Of a stretch of 64,000 nucleotides of DNA, positions 50,116 through 58,312 are shown piece by piece. The notes beneath the pieces were generated by a model. That model made no database searches and was not told where the DNA came from. It saw only the letters and a program-made list of their open reading frames with translations. Each line of letters begins with the position of its first letter. Within the stretch, counting starts at the first letter, position 1. The stretch comes from Terriglobia bacterium. Lineage in GTDB: Bacteria; Acidobacteriota; Terriglobia; 20CM-2-55-15. The DNA is taken from positions 384,001 through 448,000 of the forward strand of contig CBDAOY010000004.1 in the NCBI GenBank assembly GCA_965198225.1, read 5' to 3'. A program made the translations under genes and the position numbers.

Positions 50116-50126
50116 TAGATTATCTA
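50116..50126. promoter_or_regulatory. Candidate PadR operator
   Basis: Palindrome TAGA-TTA-TCTA 33 bp upstream of padR. Confidence 0.55.
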
Positions 50127-50271
50127 AATAACACAATCGAGCTATGTGATCGCGGTTGGGGTTGTAGGGGAGTAACGCGGTAGCGATCAGGCCTCGCCTG
50201 GCGCGGCAACGAGAAGCGCTCGGATCAACAGGCTGTGTAACAGTCGCACGCTCGCCTGGCGCCGGACGCAG

Positions 50272-51492
50272 CTACGTGATCGAGTTGCCTTTGTTCCTGC
50301 AGATGTCGGCTGCTTCCGGGAGTAATACCTTGAAGCTGTAACGCAGCGACTTGTCCGGATAGTAGAGCGATCCCTCGTGCCTGACCAGCGCGCAGACTTC
50401 GTCCGCACGGGCCGGGTCGTTCCAGTACCTAATCGCGTCCTGGGCGACGGCGCTCGGACTCTGAGTCGGATCGTCGGCCATCTGGCACTGCCAGCGCGCG
50501 GCCGCCAGGTCCTGGATCATCATCTTTTCCAGGCCCTCGGGGTTGACGATGTGCCCGCAGCCGACGTTTGTGGTGTCGCTGATCTGGGCCTGAGCGTAGA
50601 AGGCGTACGGGTGTTCGATACCGAGGACCGGAGTCTTCCGGCCGTTGATGATCTCGACGATTCGCGTGTCGAGGCTGCTGCCGAGTGGCTCCTGGCCTTT
50701 CAGGTAGAGATCGCTGAAGGTCTGACGCGCGGGCGTGCCGTAGCAGACGATCGGCACGGTGTATGCGTCGCCGTGGGGGTTGAGCAGCGTTCGGACCTGA
50801 CTCCTCTGGTACTCGTGGAAGTCTTCGATCGGCAGCAGGTGCACCGGGTCCTCCCGATTCTTGAGGTAGATGGTGCCCTGATCGTCCGGGGCGGCGATGG
50901 GCGCGCAGTCCATCACGGTGTTGAGCAACATGCATTCCTGACGGGTCTTCACTCCGTTGGCCATCTGGAGCTCGATCAAGCGGGCGGGAACCGGATCGTT
51001 CAGGTAGTCGCGCATCGGATATAGCAGCCGCGACGGCGGATAGTGGAAGAACTGGAGCGTGCGCTGCCGGAGCAGGGCCATTCCGAGGGGCAAGAAGAAC
51101 CGCCACTCCCCGGTCTCCATGGGATCCCACACGGTGTTCTGCTTCGCCTTCCACCACGTGCCGTCCGAGAGCTCGCCTTCCGGCCAGGTCTTCTCCTTTG
51201 TCTTCAGCTCCTGGGCCACGTGGTGAGCCTCCCAGCCGTCGGTGAGGAACGCGGACAGACGCGAACCGTAGTCGGCAAGCTCTTCGTCGGGGCCCTCGAG
51301 CTCAAGCCAGTAGTTGTCGCTCGTCGCGTCGACGGAGGCCTTCGCCTCGACGAACCCGTCCCGCGTTAGAGTCATATTGAACCAGTACAGGATCGTGTCC
51401 GGCAGGCTCCCCGAGCTCTTCGGATCGTTCTTATACGAGAACAGCTGCGTCAAACGCTCGGCCGTCCCGATCGAGATCCTGTGCGTTGCCAT
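50272..51492 (-). CDS. Hypothetical protein (406 aa)
   Basis: Strong RBS AAGGAGGA before MATHRISIG; GC3-rich codon usage. Confidence 0.75.
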   Translation of the reverse strand: MATHRISIGTAERLTQLFSYKNDPKSSGSLPDTILYWFNMTLTRDGFVEAKASVDATSDNYWLELEGPDEELADYGSRLSAFLTDGWEAHHVAQELKTKEKTWPEGELSDGTWWKAKQNTVWDPMETGEWRFFLPLGMALLRQRTLQFFHYPPSRLLYPMRDYLNDPVPARLIELQMANGVKTRQECMLLNTVMDCAPIAAPDDQGTIYLKNREDPVHLLPIEDFHEYQRSQVRTLLNPHGDAYTVPIVCYGTPARQTFSDLYLKGQEPLGSSLDTRIVEIINGRKTPVLGIEHPYAFYAQAQISDTTNVGCGHIVNPEGLEKMMIQDLAAARWQCQMADDPTQSPSAVAQDAIRYWNDPARADEVCALVRHEGSLYYPDKSLRYSFKVLLPEAADICRNKGNSIT

Positions 51493-51883
51493 CCAAATCC
51501 TCCTTCCCAAAGGGAAAGCATACATGCGGAGCCTCGCCGCATGCGATCGTCTCCTGTTCCGGGAGATGCTAGCACGAGAGGCCCGACGGTCGCTCCGAAG
51601 AGTGTCGGGGGCTCGCGCTCGCGGTTCGGTCCGCCCCCGGTTCGCGTCCCGATCGGTGCCGTGGTGGCGTTGAGCACACTCTGATACGGAGTCTTCCCGG
51701 CCCGGATACGCCAACTGGCTTCGAAGGGGGACGTATGTGCAGACCGTACGCGAGAGACGACGGGGCCGGCACCGCTATCGCCTGGCGTTCATGTACAAGC
51801 CGGGAAGGGAGGCGGGCCGTGGAAGAACGAGAGAAGGGGATTCGGGCAAACTGAAGCGATCGCTGAAGGCTGACAGCTGATCG

Positions 51884-52834
51884 CTATACAGGCGGCATTT
51901 TTGCCTCGACGATCTCGATCCGGTTCCGCCCGGCCTCTTTGGCCAGGTAAAGCGCCTGATCGGCCCGGTTGATGAAGTCTTCTTTCGTATCGTCGGGTGC
52001 GAACTGGGTGACCCCGAAGCTGGCTGTGACCGGGATGGGAACCGGCATGGTCGAATGCTCCAGCTCCACACGGAGTCTGGATGCGAGGATTCCGCCCTGG
52101 TAGGCTGCAGTGTTCGGCAGGACAAGGAGGAACTCTTCGCCACCGAAACGCGTGACCAGGTCCTCCATCCGGCAGGACACTTTCAGCAGTTGTGCGAACG
52201 AGACGAGGACCTGGTCGCCGGTAAGATGTCCGAATTCATCGTTGACGTTCTTGAAATGGTCCAGATCCGCCATAATCATGGTCAGCGGCTGCTTCCATCG
52301 TCTGGCGAACGACATCGCGCGGGTCAGGTTGTCTTCCAGCGCGCGTCGATTGGCCAGCCCCGTCAGCGGGTCCTCACGCATCAGCTGGTTGATCGTCGCG
52401 TTTGCCTCTGCCAGAGATTCTTCCGCATGCTTGCGAGCGGTGATGTCGGCGACGAAGCCTTCCAGGTAGAAGGGGTCGTCGCCCGGGCGAGAAACTCCAC
52501 GGCCGTCTTCCAGGACCCACTTCTCGGCTCCGGTCCGCGTATAGATCCTGTAGACCAGCTGGAAGGGGCGTTCCTGGTCCAGCGCCGTTCGGATTTCTTC
52601 GTAGACGCGCTTCAGGTCGTCGGGATGAAGCAGCTTGACCCACGCGTGTTCGGCGTTGATCAGTTCGTCAGGCGCGTATCCGGTCAGCGCCTTCGAGCCG
52701 TTGCTGACGAACTCCATGCCCCAGGCGCCGCTCCAGCGGCAGCGATACGCCATGCCGGGAAGGTTGTTCACCAGGCTTTGGATATCGAACCGATTGAGTT
52801 TCTTTGCGGGTTGGAGCGTTTCCAGGGAGTCCAT
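51884..52834 (-). CDS. PAS-GGDEF diguanylate cyclase
   Basis: DPLTGLANRR, DLDHFKNVND..GH..GD, RMED I-site, GGEEF. Confidence 0.92.
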   Translation of the reverse strand: MDSLETLQPAKKLNRFDIQSLVNNLPGMAYRCRWSGAWGMEFVSNGSKALTGYAPDELINAEHAWVKLLHPDDLKRVYEEIRTALDQERPFQLVYRIYTRTGAEKWVLEDGRGVSRPGDDPFYLEGFVADITARKHAEESLAEANATINQLMREDPLTGLANRRALEDNLTRAMSFARRWKQPLTMIMADLDHFKNVNDEFGHLTGDQVLVSFAQLLKVSCRMEDLVTRFGGEEFLLVLPNTAAYQGGILASRLRVELEHSTMPVPIPVTASFGVTQFAPDDTKEDFINRADQALYLAKEAGRNRIEIVEAKMPPV

Positions 52835-52838
52835 CGTG

Positions 52839-54200
52839 TCAGCTCGGATCGGCCAGTGCTACCGATTCGGCATCCTCCTCGAGCGAGGCGATCTGGTTCG
52901 CACCCGCACCCTGGGCGTGCTGCAGTGCCTGGCTGGCCCGGTCGATAAAGGCTGCGGGATCGTCCTCGGCCATGAACTTGGCGATGCCGAAACTGGCAGT
53001 CAGCTGGGAGTCGACTCGCCAGTCCGTTTTTCCGATTTTCCTCTGGAGCCGTTCTGTCAGGACACTGGCCGGCTGCACGTCCGTATTCGCGAGAAGCAGC
53101 CCGAACCGCCCCTCCTCCAGACGGGCGACGAGATCTTCCCTCCGGCAAGAGGTCTTCAAAAGCTCCGCGAAGGAAACAATCACCTGGTCGCTGCCTGAGT
53201 GACCGAACTTTTCATTGAGGTGCTCGAACTCGTCCAGGTCGACGAGGACGAGCGTCAGCGGTTGCTTCCACCGACGCGCGAAGGAGGTGGCCCGGACGAG
53301 CTCGTCTTCCAGCGCCTTCCCGTTTGCCAGCCCCGTAAGCGGATCACTGCGCATCAGCTGCTTGAGGGAATGCTCCGCCTCCGAGAGCTGTTCGGTCATC
53401 GCATTACGCTCGCTCAAGTCGTGGACGAAGGCATTGAAAAAACGGTTTTCTCCGTGGCGGCAGGGCCAGATGGTCAGTTCCGCCGGGAATTCCTGCCCAT
53501 TGCGTCGGAGTCCGGTTATGTTGGCGTTCAGGACGACCTGAGTCGCCTGGGTTTCGAGGAGTTGGCCGAATCCCTTGTTGTGTCCCTCTCGCCTGTTTTC
53601 CGGGATCAGAGTCTCGGCGAGGTCTTTGCCGATGATCTCGTCCCTGGGCCAGCCGAAGGTGGTCGCGGCCTGGAGGTTCCAATCCCGTATCTTGCCGGTC
53701 ATGTCGATCGAAAGGAAAGCGTCTCTGGCCCTTTCGACGACCTGCCTGCTTTGCTCGCGCTGTTCCTTCAGGTCGTTTTGGCGCGCCTTCTGCTCGGTGA
53801 TGTCCGTGATGAAACCCTCGAGGACATGGGGGTAGGCCGACTTGTCCGAAATCACACGGCCATCTTCGATGACCCATTTCTCGACCCCGCCGGGCAATGC
53901 CAGCCGGTAGACGGACTGGAAGGGTTTCCGGTCTGTGGTCGCTGTCCGGACCGCTTTCGACACCTCGGCGAGGTCGTCGGAGAGGATCAGGTGGCCCCAG
54001 GTCACCTTGCGATTGCCGACCAGGTCTTCGGGCGAATGGCCCAGGAGTGCCAACGCACCGCGGCTGACGTAGTCCATCGTCCAGTCGCCATCCCATGTGC
54101 ACCGGTAGGCCATTCCCGGCAGATGGTCCAGGAGGCTGCTGTCGGCAGAATCAGCCAAAATACTGACACCGGAGTCGTCGTCGTGCCTTGGATTCTCCAT
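52839..54200 (-). CDS. PAS-PAS-degenerate GGDEF protein
   Basis: DPLTGL; active site reads EEGRF; RRED I-site retained. Confidence 0.88.
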   Translation of the reverse strand: MENPRHDDDSGVSILADSADSSLLDHLPGMAYRCTWDGDWTMDYVSRGALALLGHSPEDLVGNRKVTWGHLILSDDLAEVSKAVRTATTDRKPFQSVYRLALPGGVEKWVIEDGRVISDKSAYPHVLEGFITDITEQKARQNDLKEQREQSRQVVERARDAFLSIDMTGKIRDWNLQAATTFGWPRDEIIGKDLAETLIPENRREGHNKGFGQLLETQATQVVLNANITGLRRNGQEFPAELTIWPCRHGENRFFNAFVHDLSERNAMTEQLSEAEHSLKQLMRSDPLTGLANGKALEDELVRATSFARRWKQPLTLVLVDLDEFEHLNEKFGHSGSDQVIVSFAELLKTSCRREDLVARLEEGRFGLLLANTDVQPASVLTERLQRKIGKTDWRVDSQLTASFGIAKFMAEDDPAAFIDRASQALQHAQGAGANQIASLEEDAESVALADPS

Positions 54201-54270
54201 TTGGCCCTCCGTAAACCGCTGCTCCTGAATAAGCTTACGTTCAGCGTGCCGTCATTTCACACAGCACTGA

Positions 54271-54286
54271 AGCAATTGCGATACCA
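54271..54286 (-). promoter_or_regulatory. Candidate sigma54 promoter
   Basis: TGGTAT-CGCAA-TTGCT. Confidence 0.5.
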
Positions 54287-54598
54287 GGCATAGAGTGCCG
54301 ATCGTGACCCAGAGCAGAAAGGTCCCACGAGAGAGCCACGGTGAGGGGGACAGGGGCCCGGCCCTGTCCCCGGAGCGTCCGCTGGTGACCGGTCTCTTCT
54401 CGGGTGAACTATTGCAAATTGGTCAATGGACAAATCCGCATTTCAGGTTGGAGATTGCTCCATTGGTGATCGTTCGGAGGGTCGGTGGAAGAAATTTGAA
54501 ATGAACCAATCTCCAAATGACCAACCTGCAATGTGGATTGTTCAAATACTGCAATTTGCAATCTGGCGGCCCATTCCGTTTCACGAACATGGTGGCTC

Positions 54599-55435
54599 CT
54601 AAGGTTCTGGAAACCAACTCCCCACGGAGGACAGGGATTCGTGGTCCGTCTGGTCCAACTGCATCGGCGTGACGGCGATGTATCCGTCTTCCATCACATC
54701 CCAGTCGGTACCCGATTCGATGTCGGCAGCCGGCGCGAGGCCGGGCCAGAAGAAGCGCTGACCGCCGGGTGTCCGTCCTTCGTTGAAAGTGAAGCGCAGA
54801 GGCAGCGTTTTGCTGAGCGGCACAACGCGGGCTCCCTTGATCTGGTCGGCGCGGAGGGCGGGGTAGTTGACCGAGATGAAGCTGCCGACCTGCAAGCCGT
54901 TTTCCAGGTACTGGCGAACAAGCGTCGCAGTGAATCGTGCTGCGCCTTCGTAGTCCATCGTCGGGCCGTTCTCGACGGACATCGCGATCGCGGGGATCCC
55001 GTAGAACGTCGCCTCCCGGGCCGCGCCCAGCGTCCCGGAAATGTGGGTGATCGGTCCGAGGTTCTGGCCGGAGTTGCTGCCCGACACCACGATGTCGGGC
55101 GCCTCGTCCAGGAGCTCTTGCAGCGCGAGCCGGACCGAATCGGAGGGCTTCCCGCCGACCGCGTGCCAGTCCGAGCCGTGCTCGTCGGTTCTCGAGTTGA
55201 CGTAGATCGGGTTGTTGCCGAGCGTTACGGCGTGGCCGATTCCGCTCTGATTCACTGCCGGCGCACTGACGGTGACGCGGCCTATTTCCCGGAGCGCTTC
55301 GTACATGGCCCGGATTCCGTCCGTATCGATGCCGTCGTCGTTGGTCAGGAGAATGTGGGGCCGCTCCCGCTCCTGGCCGCGTCCGATGGCCGGAAACAGA
55401 AGCACCAGTGCCAGTACCAGAGAGATCTTCCTCAT
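54599..55435 (-). CDS. surE: 5'/3'-nucleotidase SurE with signal peptide
   Basis: ILLTNDDG, AP..NQSG, G.PSDSV, VVSG.N.G.N, SGT.GAA.EA. Confidence 0.9.
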   Translation of the reverse strand: MRKISLVLALVLLFPAIGRGQERERPHILLTNDDGIDTDGIRAMYEALREIGRVTVSAPAVNQSGIGHAVTLGNNPIYVNSRTDEHGSDWHAVGGKPSDSVRLALQELLDEAPDIVVSGSNSGQNLGPITHISGTLGAAREATFYGIPAIAMSVENGPTMDYEGAARFTATLVRQYLENGLQVGSFISVNYPALRADQIKGARVVPLSKTLPLRFTFNEGRTPGGQRFFWPGLAPAADIESGTDWDVMEDGYIAVTPMQLDQTDHESLSSVGSWFPEP

Positions 55436-55658
55436 CGATTCGCCTCGCTTGAGAACGCGGTTTGATCCGCCGTCCTGGATTGAACGATTCTACCAGTCGG
55501 TAGGAGTCGGCGTAACCAGAGGGCCTCCGGTGCTGCTACAACTTCCGAGAACATACCAGTCCGAGTTCGCTGAGCGGTTCGGAGGCGCTCGTAGACGGTG
55601 TCGAAGTCTGGCGAACGGTTTTCCTGCGCCGATTTGCCCTTTAATCCCCTAATCAGAC

Positions 55659-55687
55659 TTGACAATATACAGACCGATCGGTATAGT
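55659..55687 (+). promoter_or_regulatory. Sigma70 promoter with a palindromic TetR-type operator in the spacer
   Basis: TTGACA-N17-TATAGT containing ACCGATCGGT. Confidence 0.8.
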
Positions 55688-55720
55688 CAGCATGTCGCAT
55701 GGGCGACGGAAGGGGATTGG

Positions 55721-56320
55721 ATGATGAGCGAAACACCCGGCAGCAAGCAACGAATGGTCGCCAAGGCCGCCGAGCTTTTCAGAAAGCAGGGTTACAGCGG
55801 AACCGGCCTGAAACAGATCGTGGAAGAGAGCGGTACGCCCAAAGGCTCGTTGTATTTTCATTTTCCTGGAGGGAAAGAGGAACTTGCGATTGCAGCCGTG
55901 AAATACGCCTGTGCAGTCCGGATGGGAGCAATGCAGGAGGCGTTCGACGAGGCCTCGAGTGCCATCGATGCAGTGGCTTCCCTGGTCCGGTCGTCTCGAG
56001 ACGGCCTGGTCGCTTCGAGGTTCGAGGACGGTTGCCCTATCGCGACGGTCGTGCTCGAAACGGCCGCCACGTCGGATCCGCTGCAGGAAACGTGTTCGAA
56101 ATCATGGCGGACCTGGGAGGCACTGTTCCAGGAGCGGCTGAGGGAGGAGGGACACGACCAGAGGCGCGCGAAACGCCTGGCAACAGTCGCTCTGGCATTG
56201 ATGGAAGGCGGCATGCTTCTCAGCCGGGCTTACCGGAGTACCGAGCCGCTGGATGTGGTTCAGGAGGAGGTTGAGAACATTCTGGAAGTCGAACAACCAC
56301 GTGAAAGGAGAAAACGATGA
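55721..56320 (+). CDS. TetR-family regulator (LmrA/YxaF-like)
   Basis: AAELF.KQGY..TG...I....G.PKGSLYFHFPGGKEEL, GCPI. Confidence 0.9.
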   Translation: MMSETPGSKQRMVAKAAELFRKQGYSGTGLKQIVEESGTPKGSLYFHFPGGKEELAIAAVKYACAVRMGAMQEAFDEASSAIDAVASLVRSSRDGLVASRFEDGCPIATVVLETAATSDPLQETCSKSWRTWEALFQERLREEGHDQRRAKRLATVALALMEGGMLLSRAYRSTEPLDVVQEEVENILEVEQPRERRKR

Positions 56321-56646
56321 GTGATCAACTGAGGGAATTGACCGACAACAACCTGGAGGACCAGCTTCTCCAGAACGACAAACCAGTGCTCGTCGATTTC
56401 TGGGCCCCTTGGTGCGGCCCCTGTAGGGCCATCGCGCCTACGTTGGAGGAACTCGGAGCGAGCTACTCCGAGCGCGCGACGATCGGAAAGCTCAATGTCG
56501 ACGAGAACCCGACGACGGCATCCCGCTTCGCGGTCCAGGCCATTCCTACGCTGATACTGTTCAAGGGTGGCGAGGAGAAGGAGCGCCTGGTGGGTGCACA
56601 ATCCAAAGCGGTGATTTCGGAGCTACTGGATCGCTACGCCGCGTGA
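56317..56646 (+). CDS. trxA: Thioredoxin
   Basis: VDFWAPWCGPCR, cis-Pro IPTL. Confidence 0.95.
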   Translation: MSDQLRELTDNNLEDQLLQNDKPVLVDFWAPWCGPCRAIAPTLEELGASYSERATIGKLNVDENPTTASRFAVQAIPTLILFKGGEEKERLVGAQSKAVISELLDRYAA

Positions 56647-56681
56647 ATCAGTCCGGTCGCTATAACGACCGGTCTAACTAG

Positions 56682-56705
56682 GTTAGGTGCGCTATATGAG
56701 TGCAC
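56682..56705 (+). repeat. Left REP of the doublet split by IS1182
   Basis: GTTAGGTGCGCTATATGAGTGCAC (degenerate B). Confidence 0.7.
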
Positions 56706-56719
56706 AAATATCCGCCTAG

Positions 56720-58256
56720 GAGTCTGCGCGGCAGAAGGACCGGAATTGGGCGGATAAAGATCGAAGATATGTCATGGCACGAACCTATCGGACTTATAGC
56801 CCAGAACAAACACTGCTGATGCCACCGTCGTTGAGAGATTGGTTGGCCGAAGATCACCTGTCGTACTTCATATCGGACGCGGTGGACGCGATGGATTTGA
56901 GCGCGTTCGAACAGCGGTATGGAACCGAGGGTCCGGGCAATCAGGCGTTTGATCCGCGGATGATGGTGAAGGTGCTGATTTATGGGTACGCGACCGGAGT
57001 GTTCTCGTCCAGGAAGATCGCGGCGAAGTTGACCGACGACGTAGCGTTCCGGATGTTGGGAGCGGAGAACTTTCCGGCGCACCGAACGATCTCGGATTTT
57101 CGCAAACTGCATCTTGAGGAGTTCGGAAACCTGTTTGTGCAAGTGGTGATGATGGCGCGGGAAGCGGGACTGGTGAAGATGGGAACCGTGGCGGTGGACG
57201 GGACCAAGATGCGGGCGAATGCAAGCAAACGCAAAGCGATGAGCTACGAACGCATGAAAAAGCAGGAGACCGAATTGGGTGAACAGATTCGGGATCTGTT
57301 GAACCGGGCCGAGGCGACCGATGAGGACGAAGACGAGCGATACGGCAAGGACCGGCGCGGAGACGAACTGCCCGACGGGTTGGCCACGCGCAAGAAGCGC
57401 CTGGCCACGATACAGGCGGCCATGAAGCGGCTCGAAGAACGTCAGATGGCCGCGGACAAGGAAGCGGGACGGAACACCAAAGATCACAAACCCGGATGCG
57501 GAAAGAAGCCATTCAAACGTCCCATGGGGGAACCTAAACCCACGGCCCAGGACAACTTCACCGACCCGGAAAGCCGGATGATGAAGACCTCCACCGAAGG
57601 GTTCCAGCAATGCTACAACGCGCAAGCGGTGGTGGATTCCCAGGCCCGGATCATCGTGGCAACAACGGTGACTGACAATGCATCGGATGTGGGGCAGTTG
57701 GAACCCACGCTGGATGCGTTGAGCGACAATCTGGGGGAGCGTCCCGACCGCGTGCTGGCCGATGCGGGATATCGATCCGAGTCAAATCTGGGGATGTTGG
57801 AACAACGTCAGATTGACGGGTATGTTGCGATGGGTCGCGAGAAGGATCTCGCCCGTGCCCCACTCCCACCCAAAGACACCGCTGTTGGTCGGATGATGAG
57901 AAAGATGAAAACCAAGCGTGGGCGTGACCGCTACCGGGCCCGAAAGCACATTGGTGAGCCGCCCTTCGGGTGGATCAAGTCGGTGCTCGGATTCCGACAG
58001 TTCAGTCTACGCGGTTTGGACAAAGTGACCGGGGAGTGGAATCTGGTCACTCTGGCGGTGAACTTACGACGGATGAACGGGAAGATCGAATGGGCATAAT
58101 CCGGAAAACCGCAACCCGGCAGACCCGATACACGGCCAATTACGGGTGTCCGTACAACTCTGAACTCGTCGTATCGGAAGAATCGGTCGATTCTCCTCCG
58201 AAGACCCTCTCAAATCCCAATCAGTCCGAGTTCTTTGCGCTCTGCCGCGCAGACTC
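56720..58256 (+). mobile_element. IS1182-family insertion sequence
   Basis: Perfect 16-bp TIR GAGTCTGCGCGGCAGA, flanked by CTAG and TTAG. Confidence 0.92.
56774..58099 (+). CDS. IS1182 transposase
   Basis: LMPPSLRDWL..DHL, SSRKI, VDGTK..ANAS, TDPESR.M, LADAGY, EPPFG.IK. Confidence 0.93.
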   Translation: MARTYRTYSPEQTLLMPPSLRDWLAEDHLSYFISDAVDAMDLSAFEQRYGTEGPGNQAFDPRMMVKVLIYGYATGVFSSRKIAAKLTDDVAFRMLGAENFPAHRTISDFRKLHLEEFGNLFVQVVMMAREAGLVKMGTVAVDGTKMRANASKRKAMSYERMKKQETELGEQIRDLLNRAEATDEDEDERYGKDRRGDELPDGLATRKKRLATIQAAMKRLEERQMAADKEAGRNTKDHKPGCGKKPFKRPMGEPKPTAQDNFTDPESRMMKTSTEGFQQCYNAQAVVDSQARIIVATTVTDNASDVGQLEPTLDALSDNLGERPDRVLADAGYRSESNLGMLEQRQIDGYVAMGREKDLARAPLPPKDTAVGRMMRKMKTKRGRDRYRARKHIGEPPFGWIKSVLGFRQFSLRGLDKVTGEWNLVTLAVNLRRMNGKIEWA

Positions 58257-58270
58257 TTAGCCCCGAAGTT

Positions 58271-58293
58271 GTGCGGTCATAGACCGCACCTAC
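58271..58293 (-). repeat. Right REP of the doublet split by IS1182
   Basis: GTGCGGTCATAGACCGCACCTAC. Confidence 0.85.
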
Positions 58294-58312
58294 AGGCAGT
58301 TCAGTCTCCGTT

